Assembly: GCF_009914755.1 (NCBI RefSeq)
Contig: NC_060937.1
Origin: the human T2T-CHM13v2.0 reference genome, Homo sapiens
DNA: 64,000 nt
Strand: one strand, 5' to 3'
In this document: positions 15,001-30,050 of the stretch, one piece after another
Layout of the letters: every line of letters begins with the position of its first letter
Numbering within the stretch: the stretch's first letter is position 1
The notes under the pieces: generated by a model
The model's input: the letters and a program-made list of their open reading frames with translations, nothing else
Database searches by the model: none
Told to the model about the DNA's origin: nothing
Program-made: the position numbers and the translations under genes

Positions 15001-18000
15001 TAAAATATCAAAGTACACCAAATATATATTCTATAGTGTACATAAAATATCAAAGTACCCAAACTATACATTATAAACTGTACACAAAATATGAAATTAC
15101 ATCAAATATATACTATATTATGTACATAAAATATGAAAGTACATCAAATATAGATTATATACTGTACATAAAATACCAAAGTACCCCAAATTAATATTTT
15201 ATACTGCACATGCAATATCAAAGTTCACAAACAATATATTATATACTGTACATAAAATATCAAAGTACCGAAGGTATATATTCTATACTGTACAAAAAAT
15301 ATCAAAGTACCCAAAGCATGTATTATATACTGTACATAAAATATGAAAGTACATCAAATATGTATTTTATTCTGTACATAAAATATCAAAGTACACCAAA
15401 TATATATTCTATAGTGTACATAAAATATCAAAGTACCCAAACCATACATTATATACTGTACATAAAATATGAAATTACATCAAATATATATTATATTAGG
15501 TACATAAAATATGAAAGTACATCAAATATAGATTATATAGTGTACATAAAATGCCAAAGTACCCCAAATATATATTATATACCGTACATGAAATATCAAA
15601 GTTCACAAACTATATATTATATACTGTACATAAAATATCAAGGTACCCAAGGTATATATTCTATACTCTACAAAAAATATCAAAGTACCCAAAGCATGTA
15701 TTATATACTGTACATAAAATAAGAAAGTACATCAAATATATATTTAATTCTGTACATAAAATATCAAAGTACACCAAATATATATTCTATAGTGTATATA
15801 AAATATCAAAGTACCCAAACTATACATTATATACTGTACATAAAATATGAAATTACATCAAATATATATTATATTATGTACATAAAATATGAAAGTACAT
15901 CAAATGTAGATTATATACTGTACATAAAATACCAAAGAACCGCAAATATATATTATATACTGTACATGAAATATCAAACTTCACAAACTATATATTATAT
16001 ACTGTACATAAAATATCAAAGTACCCAAGGTATATATTCTATACTGTACAAAAAATATCAAAGTACCCAAAGCATGTATTATATACTGTACATAAAATAT
16101 GAACGTACATCAAATATATATTTTATTCTGTACATAAAATATCAAAGTACACTAAATATATATTCTATAGTGTACATAAAATATCAAAGTACCCAAACTA
16201 TACATTATATACTGTACATAAAATATGAAATTATATCAAATATATATTATATTAGGTACATAAAATATGAAAGTACATCAAATATAAATTATATACTGTA
16301 CATAAAATACCAAAGTACCCCAAATATATATTATATACTGTACATGCAATATCAAAGTTCACAAACTATATATCATATACTGTACATAAAATATCAAAGT
16401 ACCGAAGGTACATATTCTATACTGTACAAAAAATATCAAAGTACCCAAAGCATGTATTATATACTGTACATAAAATATGAAAGTACATCAAATATATATT
16501 TTATTCTGTACATTAAATATCAAAGTACACCAAATATATATTCTATAGTGTACATAAAATATCAAAGTACCCAAACGATACATTATATACTGTACATAAA
16601 ATATGAAATTACATCAATTATATATTATATTAGGTACATAAAATATGAAAGTACATCAAATATAGATTGTATACTGTGCATAAAATACCAAAGTACCCCA
16701 AATACATATTATATACTGTACATGAAATATGAAAGTTCACAAACTATATATTATATACTGTACATAAAATATCAAAGTACCCAAGGTATATATTCTATAC
16801 TGTACAAAAAATATCAAAGTACCCAAAGCAAGTATTATATACTGTACATAAAATATGAAAGTACATCAAATATGTATTTTATTCTGTACATATAATATCA
16901 AAGTACACCAAATATATATTCTATAGTGTACATAAAATATCAAAGTACCCAAACTATACATTAGAAACTGTACATAAAATATGAAATTACATCAAATATA
17001 TACTATATTATGTACATAAAATATGAAAGTACATCAAATATAGATTATATACTGTATGTAAAACACCAAAGTACCCCAAATATATATTTTATACTGTACA
17101 TGAAATATCAAAGTTCACAAACTATATATTATATACTGTACATAAAATACCAAAGTACCGAAGGTATATATTCTATACTGTACAAAAAATATCAAAGTAC
17201 CCAAAGCATGTATTATATACTGTACATAAAATATGAAAGTACATCAAATATATATTTTATTCTGTACAAAAAATATCAAAGTACACCAGATATATATTCT
17301 ATAGTGTACATTAAATATCAAAGTACCCAAACTATACATTATATACTGTACATAAAATATGAAATTACATCAAATATATATTATATTAGGTACATAAAAT
17401 ATGAAAGTACATCAAATATACATTATATACTGTACATAAAATACTAAAGTACCCCAAATTCATATTATATACTGTACATGAAATATGAAAGTTCACAAAC
17501 TATATATTATATACTGTACATAAAATATCAAAGTACCCAAGGTATATATTCTATACTGTACAAAAAATATCAAAGTACCCAAAGCATGTATTATATACTG
17601 TACATAAAATATGAAAGTACATCAAATATATATTTTATTCTGTACATAAAATATCAAAGTACACCAAATATATATTCTATAGTGTTCATAAAATATCAAA
17701 GTACCCAAACTATACATTATATACTGTACATAAAATATGAAAATACATCAAATATATATTATATTAGGTACATAACATATGAAAGTACATCAAATATAAA
17801 TTATATACTGTACATAAAATACCAAAGTACCCCAAATATATATTATATACTGTACATGCAATATCAAAGTTCATAAACTATATATCATATACTGTACATA
17901 AAATATCAAAGTACCGAAGGTATATATTCTATGCTGTACAAAAAATATCAAAGTACCCAAAGCATGTATTATATACTGTACATAAAATATTAAAGTACAT

Positions 18001-20629
18001 CAAATATATATTTTATTCTGTACATAAAATATCAAAGTACACCAAATATATATTCTATAGTGTACATAAAATATCAAAGTACCCAAACTATACATTATAT
18101 ACTGTACATAAAATATGAAATTACATCAAATATATATTATATTAGGTAGATAAAATATGAAAGTACATCAAATATAAATTATATACTGTACATAAAATAC
18201 CAAAGTACCCCAAATATATATTATATACTGTACATGAAATATCAAAGTTCACAAACTATATATTATATACTGTACATAAAATATCAAAGTACCCAAGGTA
18301 TATATTCTATACTCTACAAAAAAATCAAAGTACCCAAAGCATGTATTATATACGGTACATAAAATATGAAAGTACATCAAATATATATTTAATTCTGTAC
18401 ATAAAATATCAAAGTACACCAAATATATATTCTATAGTGTACATAAAATATCAAAGTAGCCAAACTATACATTATATACTGTACATAAAATATGAAATTA
18501 CATCAAATATATATTATATTATGTACATAAAATATGAAAGTACATCAAATATAGATTATATACTGTACATAAAATACCAAAGTACACCAAATATATATTT
18601 TATACTGTACATGCAATATCAAAGTTCACAAACTATATATTATATACTGTACATAAAATATCAAAGTACCCAAGGTATATATTCTATACTGTGCAAAAAA
18701 TATCAAAGTACCCAAAGCATGTATTATATACTGTACATAAAATATGAAAGTACATCAAATATATATTTTATTCTGTACATAAAATATCAAAGTACACTAA
18801 ATATATATTCTATAGTGTACATAAAATATCAAAGTACCCAAACTATACATTATATACTGTACATAAAATATGAAATTACATCAAATATATATTATATTAG
18901 GTACATAAAATATGAAAGTACATCAAATATAGATTATATACTGTACATAAAATACCAAAGTACCCCAAATACATATTATATACTGTACATGAAATATCAA
19001 AGTTCACAAACTATATATTATATACTGTACATACAATATCAAACTACCCAAGGTATATAGTCTATACTGTACAAAAAATATCAAAGTACCCCAAGCAAGT
19101 ATTATATACTGTACATAAAATATGAAAGTACATCAAATATATATTTTATTCTGTACATAAAGTATCAAAGTACACCAAATATGTATCCTATTGTGTACAT
19201 AAAATATCAAAGTACCCAAACTATACATTATATACTGTACATAAAATATGAAATTACATCAAATATATATTATATTAGGTACTTAAAATATGAAAGTACA
19301 TCAAATATAAATTATATACTGTACATAAAGTACCAAAGTACCCCAAATATATATTATATACTGTACATGCAATATCAAAGTTCACAAACTATATATCATA
19401 TACTGTACACAAAATATCAAAGTACCGAAGGTATATATTCTATAGTGTACAAAAAATATGAAAGTACGCAAAGCATGTATTATATACTGTACATAAAATA
19501 TGAAAGTACATCAAATATATATTTTATTCTGTACATAAAATATCAAAGTACACCAAATATATATTCTATAGTGTACATAAAATATCAAAGTACCCAAACT
19601 ATACATTATATACAGTACATAAAATATGAAATTACATCAAATATATATTATAATAGGTACATAAAATATGAAAGCACATCAAATATAAATTATATACTGT
19701 ACATAAAATACCAAAGAACCCCAAATATATATTATATACTGTACATGAAATATCAAAGTTCACAAACTATATATTATATACTGTATATAAAATATCAAAG
19801 TACCCAAGGTATATATTCTATACTGTACAAAAAATATCAAAGTACCCAAAGCATGTATTATATACTGTTCATAAAATATGAAAGTACATCAAATATATAT
19901 TTTATTCTGTACATAAAATATCAAAGTACACCAAATATATATTCTATAGTTTACATAAAATATCAAAGTACCCAAACTATACATTATATACTGTACATAA
20001 AATATGAAATTACATCAAATATATATTAAAATAGGTACATAAAATATGAAAGTACATCAAATATAGCTTATATACTGTACATAAAATATCAAAGTACCCC
20101 AAATATATATTATATACTGTACATGAAATATCAAAGTTCACAAACTATATATTATATACTGTACATAAAATATCAAAGTACCCAAGGTATATATTCTGTA
20201 CTGTATAAAAAATATCAAAGTACCCAAAGCATGTATTATATACTGTTCATAAAATATGAAAGTACATCAAATATGTATTTTATTCTGTACATAAAATATC
20301 AAAGTACACCAAATATATATTCTATAGTGTACATAAAATATCAAAGTACCCAAACTATACATTATATACTGTACATAAAATATGAAATTACATCAAATAT
20401 ATATTATATTAGGTACATAAAATATGAAAGTACATCAAATATAGATTATATACTGTACATAAAATACCAGAGAACCCCAAATATATATTATATACTGTAC
20501 ATGAAATATCAAAGTTCACAAACTATATATTATATACTGTACATAAAATATCAAAGTACCCAAGGTATATATTCTATACTGTACAAAAAATATCAAAGTA
20601 CCCAAAGCATGTATTATATACTGTTAATA
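9450..20629 (+). repeat. Copy 1 of a near-identical segment of at least 11.2 kb repeated at offset 43,371 bp
   Basis: ORF track repeats with constant offset (10152/53523, 13050/56421, 14454/57825, 15792/59163, 18341/61712, 19181/62552), sharing rare stops, a 6-mer HOR and a 1-bp deletion. Left edge lies between the last mismatch (9410/52781) and the first shared rare variant TCGAAG (9466/52837). Confidence 0.93.
11298..11549 (+). repeat. Truncated 6-mer HOR (252 bp); duplicate at 54669-54920
   Basis: Monomer 9 is followed directly by the GAAATTACATC monomer 4; three monomers are missing. Next HOR starts 252 bp later. Confidence 0.88.
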
Positions 20630-22120
20630 AAATATGAAAGTACATCAAATATATATTTTATTCTGTACATAAAATATCAAAGTACACCAAATATATATTC
20701 TATAGTGTACATAAAATATCAAATTACCCAAACTATACATTATATACTGTACATAAAATATGAAATTACATCAAATATATATTATATTAGGTACATAAAA
20801 TATGAAAGTACATCAAATATAAATTATATACTGTACATAAAATATCAAAGTACCTCAAATATATAGTATATACTGTACATGAAATATCAAAGTTCACAAG
20901 CTATATATTATATACTGCACATAAAATAGCAAAGTACCCAAGGTATATATTCTATACTGTACAAAAAATATAAAAGTACCCAAAACGTGTATTATATACT
21001 GTACATAAAATATGAAAGTACATCAAATATATATTTTATTCTGTACATAAAATATCAAAGTACACCAAATATATATTCTATAGTGTACATAAAATATCAA
21101 AGTACCCAAAGTATACATTATATACTGTACATAAAATATGAAATTACATCAAATATATATTACATTAGGTAAATAAAATATGAAAGTACATCAAATATAG
21201 ATTATATACTGTACATAAAATATCAAAGTACCCCAAATATATATTATATACTGTACATGAAATATCAAAGTTCACAAACTATATATTATATACTGTACAT
21301 AAAATATCAAAGTACCCAAGGTATATATTCTATACTGTACAAAATATATCAAAGTACCCAAAGCATGTATTATATACTGTACATAAAATATGAAAGTACA
21401 TCAAATAAATAGTTTATTCTGTACATAAAATATCAAAGTACACCAAATATATATTCTATAGTGTACATAAAATATCAAAGTACCCAAACTATACATTATA
21501 AACTGTAGATAAAATATGAAATTACATCAAATATATACTATATTATGTACATAAAATATGAAAGTACATCAAATATAGATTATATACTGTACATAAAATA
21601 CCAAAGTACCCCAAATAAATATTTTATACTGTACATGCAATATCAAAGTTCACAAACTATATATTATATACTGTACATAAAATATCAAAATACCGAAGGT
21701 ATATATTCTATACTGTACAAAAAATATCAAATTACGCAAAGCATGTATTATATACTGTACATAAAATATGAAAGTACATCAAATATATATTTTATTCTGT
21801 ACATAAAATATCAAAGTACACCAAATATATATTCTATAGTGTACATAAAATATCAAAGTACCCAAACTATACATTATATACTGTACATAAAATATGAAAT
21901 TACATCAAATATATATTAAAATAGGTACATAAAATATGAAAGTACATCAAATATAAATTATATACTGTACATAAAATACCAAAGAACCCCAAATATATAT
22001 TATATACTGTACATGAAATATCAAAGTTCACAAACTATATATTAAATACTGTATATAAAATATCAAAGTACCCAAGGTATATATTCTGTACTGTATAAAA
22101 AATATCAAAGTACCCAAAGC

Positions 22121-23630
22121 ATGTATTATATACTGTTCATAAAATATGAAAGTACATCAAATATGTATTTTATTCTGTACATAAAATATCAAAGTACACC
22201 AAATATATATTCTATAGTGTACATAAAATATCAAAGTACCCAAACTATACATTATATACTGTACATAAAATATGAAATTACATCAAATATATATTATATT
22301 AGGTACATAAAATATGAAAGTACATCAAATATAGATTATATACTGTACATAAAATACCAAAGTACCCCAAATATATATTTTATACTGTACATGAAATATC
22401 AAAGTTCACAAACTATATATTATATACTGTACATAAAATATCAAAGTACCCAAGGTATATATTCTATACTGTACAAAAAATATCAAAGTACCCAAACATG
22501 TATTATATACTGTACATGAAATATGAAAGTACATCAAATATATATTTTATTCTGTACATAAAATATCAAAGTACACCAAATATATATTCTATAGTGTACA
22601 TAAAATATCAAAGTACCCAAACTATACCTTATATACTGTACATAAAATATGAAATTACATCAAATATATATTATATTAGGTACATAAAATATGAAAGTAC
22701 ATCAAATATAGATTATATACTGTACATAAAATACCAAAGTACCCCAAATATATATTTTATACTGTACATGAAATATCAAAGTTCACAAACTATATATTGT
22801 ATACTGTACATAAAATATCAAAGTACCCAAGGTATATATTCTATACTGTACAAAAAATATCAAAGTACCCAAACATGTATTATATACTGTACATGAAATA
22901 TGAAAGTACATCAAATATATATTTTATTCTGTACATAAAATATCAAAGTACACCAAATATATATTCTATAATGTACATAAAATACCAAAGTACCCAAACT
23001 ATACCTTATATACTGTACATAAAATATGAAATTACATCAAATATATATTATATTAGGTACATAAAATATGAAAGTACATCAAATATAGATTATATACTGT
23101 ACATAAAATACCAAAGTACCTCAAATATATATTTTATACTGTACATGAAATATCAAAGTTAACAAAATATATATTATATACTGTACATAAAATATCAAAG
23201 TACCCAAGGTATATATTCTATACTGTACAAAAAATATCAAAGTACCCAAACATGTATTATATACTGTACATGAAATATGAAAGTACATCAAATATATATT
23301 TTATTCTGTACATAAAATATAAAAGTACACCAAATATATATTCTATAGTGTACATAAAATATAAAAGTACCCAAACTATACCTTATATACTGTACATAAA
23401 ATATGAAATTACATCAAATATATATTATATTAGGTACATAAAATATGAAAGTACATCAAATATAGATTATATACTGTACATAAAATACCAAAGTACCCCA
23501 AATATATATTTTATACTGTACATGAAATATCAGAGTTCACATACTATATATTATATACTGTACATAAAATATCAAAGTACTCAAGTTATATATTCTATAC
23601 TGTACAAAAAATATCAAAGTACCCAAAGCA
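22121..23630 (+). repeat. Local amplification of a 377-bp HOR variant (three consecutive copies of the marker set)
   Basis: 1-bp deletion CCCAAACATG, then CATGAAATATG and ATACCTTAT, recur three times. ATG positions 22121, 22498, 22875, 23252 are 377 apart. Confidence 0.88.
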
Positions 23631-25499
23631 TGTATTATATACTGTACATAAAATATGAAAGTACATGAAATATATATTTTATTGTGTACAAACAATATCA
23701 AAGTATACCAAATATATATTCTATACTGTACATAAAATATCAAAGTACCCAAACTATACATTATATACTGTACATAAAATATGAAATTACATCAAATATA
23801 TATTAGTTACATAAAATATGAAAGTACATCAAATATAGATTATATACTGTACATAAAATACCAAAGTACCCCAAATAAATATTTTATACTGTACATGAAA
23901 TATCAAAGTTCACAAACTATATATTATATACTGCACATAAAATATCAAAGTACCCAAGTTATATATTCTATACTGTACAAAAAATATCAAAGTACCCAAA
24001 GCATGTATTATATACTGTACATGAAATATGAAAGTACATCAAATATATATTTTATTCTGTACATAAAATATCAAAGTACACCAAATATATATTCTATACT
24101 GTACATAAAATATCAAAGTACCCAAACTATACATTATATACTGTACATAAAATATGAAATTACATCAAATATATATTATATTAGGTAAATAAAATATGAA
24201 AGTACATCAAATATAGATTATATACTGTACATAAAATACCAAAGTACCCCAAATACATATTATATACTGTACAAGAAATATCAAAGTTCATAAACTATAT
24301 ATTATATACTGTACATAAAATATCAAAGTACCCAAGGTATATATTCTATACTGTACAAAAATATCAAAGTACCCAAAGCATGTATTATATACTGTACATA
24401 AAATATGAAAGTACATCAAATATATATTTTATTCTGTACATAAAATATCAAGGTACACCAAATATATATTCTATAGTGTACATAAATTATCAAAGTTCCC
24501 AAACTATACATTATATCCTGTACATAAAATATGAAATTACATCAAATATATATTATATTAGGTACATAAAATATGAAAGTACATCAAATATAAATTATAT
24601 ACTGTACATAAAATACCAAAGAACCCCAAATATATATAGTATACTGTACATGAAATATCAAAGTTCACAAACTATATATTACATACTGTATACAAAATAT
24701 CAAAGTACCCAAGGTTTATATTCTATACTGTACAAAAATTATCAAAGTACCCAAAGCATGTATTATATACTCTTCATAAAATATGAAAGTACATCAAATA
24801 TATATTTTATTCTGTACATAAAATATCAAAGTACACCAAATATATATTCTATAGTGTACATAAAATATCAAAGTACCCAAACTATACATTATATACTGTA
24901 CATAAAATATGAAATTACATCAAATATATATTATATTAGGTACATAAAATATGAAAGTACATCAAATATAAATTATATACTGTACATAAAATATCAAAGT
25001 ACCTCAAATATATATTATATACTGTACATGAAATATCAAAGTTCACAAACTATATATTATATACTGTACATAAAATATCAAAGTACCCAAGGTATATATT
25101 CTATACTGTACAAAAAATATAAAAGTACCCAAAACATGTATTATATACTGTACATAAAATATGAAAGTACAAAAAAAATATATATTTTATTCTGTACATA
25201 AAATATCAAAGTACACCAAATATATATTCTATAGTGTACATAAAATATCAAAGTACCCAAACTATACATTATATACTGTACATAAAATATGAAATTACAT
25301 CAAATATATATTACTTTAGGTACATAAAATATGAAAGTACATCAAATATAGATTATATACTGTACATAAAATATCAAAGTACCCCAAATATATATTATAT
25401 ACTGTACATGAAATATCAAAGTTCACAAACTATATATTATATACTGTACATAAAATATCAAAGTACCCAAGGTATATATTCTATACTGTACAAAAAATA

Positions 25500-28400
25500 T
25501 CAAAGTACCCAAAGCATGTATTATATACTGTACATAAAATATGAAAGTACATCAAATAAATATTTTATTCTGTACATAAAATATCAAAGTACACCAAATA
25601 TATATTCTATAGTGTACATAAAATATCAAAGTACCCAAACTATACATTATAAACTGTACATAAAATATGAAATTACATCAAATATATACTATATTATGTA
25701 CATAAAATATGAAAGTACATCAAATATAGATTATATACTGTACATGAAATACCAAAGTACCCCAAATAAATATTTTATACTGTACATGCAATATCAAAGT
25801 TCACAAACTATATATTATATACTGTACATAAAATATCAAAGTACCCAAGGTATATATTCTATACTGTACAAAAAATATCAAGGTACCCAAAGCATGTATT
25901 ATGTACTGTACATAAAATAAGAAAGTACATCAAATATATATTTTATTTTGTACATAAAATATCAAAGTACACCAAATATATATTCTATAGTGTACATAAA
26001 ATATCAAAGTACCCAAACTATACATTATATACTGTACATAAAATATGAAATTACATCAAATATATATTATATTAGGTACATAAAATAAGAAAATACATCA
26101 AATATAAATTATATACAGTACATAAAATACCAAAGTACCCCAAATATATATTATATACTGTACATGCAATATCAAAGTTCACAAACTATATATCATATAC
26201 TGTACATAAAATATCAAAGTACCGAAGGTATATATTCTATACTGTACAAAAAATATCAAAGTACGCAAAGCATGTATTATATACTGTACATAAAATATGA
26301 AAGTACATCAAATATATATTTTATTCTGTACATAAAATATCAAAGTACACCAAATATATATTCTATAGTGTACATAAAATATCAAAGTACCCAAACTATA
26401 CATTATATACTGTACATAAAATATGAAACTACATCAAATATATATTATAATAGGTACATAAAATATGAAAGTACATCAAATATAAATTATATACTGCACA
26501 TAAAATACCAAAGAACACCAAATATATATTATATACTGTACATGAAATATCAAAGTTCACAAACTATATATTATCTACTGTATATAAAATATCAAAGTAC
26601 CCAAGGTATATATTCTGTACTGTATAAAAAATATCAAAGTACCCAAAGCATGTATTATATACTGTTCATAAAATATGAAAGTTCATCAAATATATATTTT
26701 ATTCTGTACATAAAATATCAAAGTACACCAAATATATATTCTATAGTGTACATAAAATATCAAAGTACCCAAACCATACATTATATACTGTACATAAAAT
26801 ATGAAATTACATCAAATATATATTATATTAGGTACATAAAATATGAAAGTACATCAAATATTGATTATATAGTGTACATAAAATACCAAAGTATCCCAAA
26901 TATATATTATATACAGTACATGAAATATCAAAGTTCACAAACTATATATTATATACTGTACATAAAATATCAAGGTACACAAGGAATATATTCTATACTC
27001 TACAAAAAATATCAAAGTACCCAAAGCATGTATTATATACGGTACATAAAATATGAAAGTACATCAAATATATAATTAATTCTGTACATAAAATATCAAA
27101 GTACACCAAATATATATTCTATAGTGTACATAAAATATCAAATTACCCAAACTATACATTATATACTGTACATAAAATATGAAATTACGTCAAATATATA
27201 TTATATTATGTACATAAAATATGAAAGTACATCAAATATAGATTATATACTGTACATAAAATACCAAAGTACACCAAATATATATTTTATACTGTACATG
27301 AAATATCAAAGTTCACAAACTATGTATTATATACTGTAGATAAAATATCAAAGTACCCAAGGTATGTATTCTATACTCTACAAAAAATATCAAAGTACCC
27401 AAAGCATGTATTATATACTGTACATACAATATGAAAGTACATCAAATATAGATTATATACTGTACATAAAATACCAAAGAACCGCAAATATATATTATAT
27501 ACTGTACATGAAATATCAAAGTTCACAAACTATATATTATATACTGTATATAAAATAACAATGTGCCCAAGGTATATATTCTATACTGTACAAAAAATAT
27601 CAAAGTACCCAAAGCATGTATTATATACTGTACATAAAATATGAAAGTACATCAAATATATATTTTATTCTGTACATAAAATATCAAAGTACACCAAATA
27701 TATATTCTATAGTGTACATAAAATATCAAAGTACCCAAACGATACATTATATACTGTACATAAAATATGAAATTACATCAATTATATATTATATTAGGTA
27801 CATAAAATATGAAAGTACATCAAATATAGATTGTATACTGTGCATAAAATACCAAAGTACCCCAAATACATATTATATACTGTACATGAAATATGAAAGT
27901 TCACAAACTATATATTATATACTGTACATAAAATATCAAAGTACCCAAGGTATATATTCTATACTGTACAAAAAATAACAAAGTACCCAAAGCATGTATT
28001 ATATACTGTACATAAAATATGAAAGTACATCAAATAAATATTTTATCCTGTACATAAAATATCAAAGTACACCAAATATATATTCTATAGTGTACTTAAA
28101 ATATCAAAGTACCCAAACTATACATTATAAACTGTACATAAAATATGAAATTACATCAAATATATACTATATTATGTACATAAAATATGAAAGTACATCA
28201 AATATAGATTATGTACTGTACATGAAATACCAAAGTACCCCAAATAAATATTTTATACAGAACATGCAATATCAAAGTTCACAAACTATATATTATATAC
28301 TGTACATAAAATATCAAAGTACCCAAGGTATATATTCTATACTGTACAAAAAATATCAAAGTACCCAAAGCATGTATTATATACTGTACATAAAATAAGA

Positions 28401-30050
28401 AAGTACATCAAATATATATTTTATTTTGTACATAAAATATCAAAGTACACCAAATATATATTCTATAGTGTACATAAAATATCAAAGTACCCAAACTATA
28501 CATTATATACTGTACATAAAATATGAAATTACATCAAATATATATTATATTAGGTACATAAAATATGAAAGTACATCAAATATAAATTATATACAGTACA
28601 TAAAATACCAAAGTACCACAAATATATATTATATACTCTACATGCAATATCAAAGTTCACAAACTATATATCATATACTGTACATAAAATATCAAAGTAC
28701 CGAAGGTATATATTCTCTACTGTACAAAAAATATCAAAGTACGCAAAGCATGTATTATATACTGTACATAAAATATGAAAGTACATCAAATATATATTTT
28801 ATTCTGTACATAAAATATCAAAGTACACCAAATATATATTCTATAGTGTACATAAAATATCAAAGTACCCAAACTATACATTATATACTGTACATAAAAT
28901 ATGAAACTACATCAAATATATATTATAATAGGTACATAAAATATGAAAGTACATCAAATATAAATTATATACTGTACATAAAATACCAAAGAACACCAAA
29001 TATATATTATATACTGTACATGAAATATCAAAGTTCACAAACTATATATTATATACTGTATATAAAATATCAAAGTACCCAAGGTATATATTCTGTACTG
29101 TATAAAAAATATCAAAGTACCCAAAGCATGTATTATATACTGTTCATAAAATATGAAAGTTCATCAAATATATATTTTATTCTGTACATAAAATATCAAA
29201 GTACACCAAATATATATTCTATAGTGTACATAAAATATCAAAGTACCCAAACCATACATTATATACTGTACATAAAATATGAAATTACATCAAATATATA
29301 TTATATTAGGTACATAAAATATGAAAGTACATCAAATATAGATTATATAGTGTACATAAAATACCAAAGTACACCAAATATATATTTTATACTGTACATG
29401 AAATATCAAAGTTCACAAACTATATATCATATACTGTACATAAAATATCAAGATACCCAAGGTATATATTCTATACTCTACAAAAAATATCAAAGTACCC
29501 AAAGCATGTATTATATACGGTACATAAAATATGAAAGTACATCTAATATATATTTAATTCTGTACATAAAATATCAAAGTACACCAAATATATATTCTAT
29601 AGTGTACATAAAATATCAAAGTACCCAAACTATACATTATATACTGTACATAAAATATGAAATTACGTCAAATATATATTATATTATGTACATAAAATAT
29701 GAAAGTACATCAAATATAGATTATATACTGTACATAAAATACCAAAGTACACCAAATATATATTTTATACTGTACATGAAATATCAAAGTTCACAAACTA
29801 TGTATTATATACTGTAGATAAAACATCAAAGTACCCAAGGTATGTATTCTATACTGTACAAAAAATATCAAAGTACCCAAAGCATGTATTATATACTGTA
29901 CATACAATATGAAAGTACATCAAATATAGATTATATACTGTACATAAAATACCAAAGAACCGCAAATACAAATTATATACTGTACATGAAATATCAAAGT
30001 TCACAAACTATATATTATATACTGTACATGAAATATCAAATTACCCAAGG
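25500..30050 (+). repeat. Older tandem duplication with 2,478-bp period (59 monomers)
   Basis: Shared AAATAAGA stop (25920/28398), ATACAGTAC, GAAACTAC, GAACACC, GTTCATC, TGTAGAT (27339/29817) and a 5-mer HOR (27418/29896). The second period is interrupted by a different HOR at ~27.6-28.0 kb. Confidence 0.8.

Noticed and set aside
25171-25178. A8 run as a retrotransposon poly(A) remnant
   Set aside because: It is only a +2-bp change inside monomer 1, with no target-site duplication or foreign sequence.
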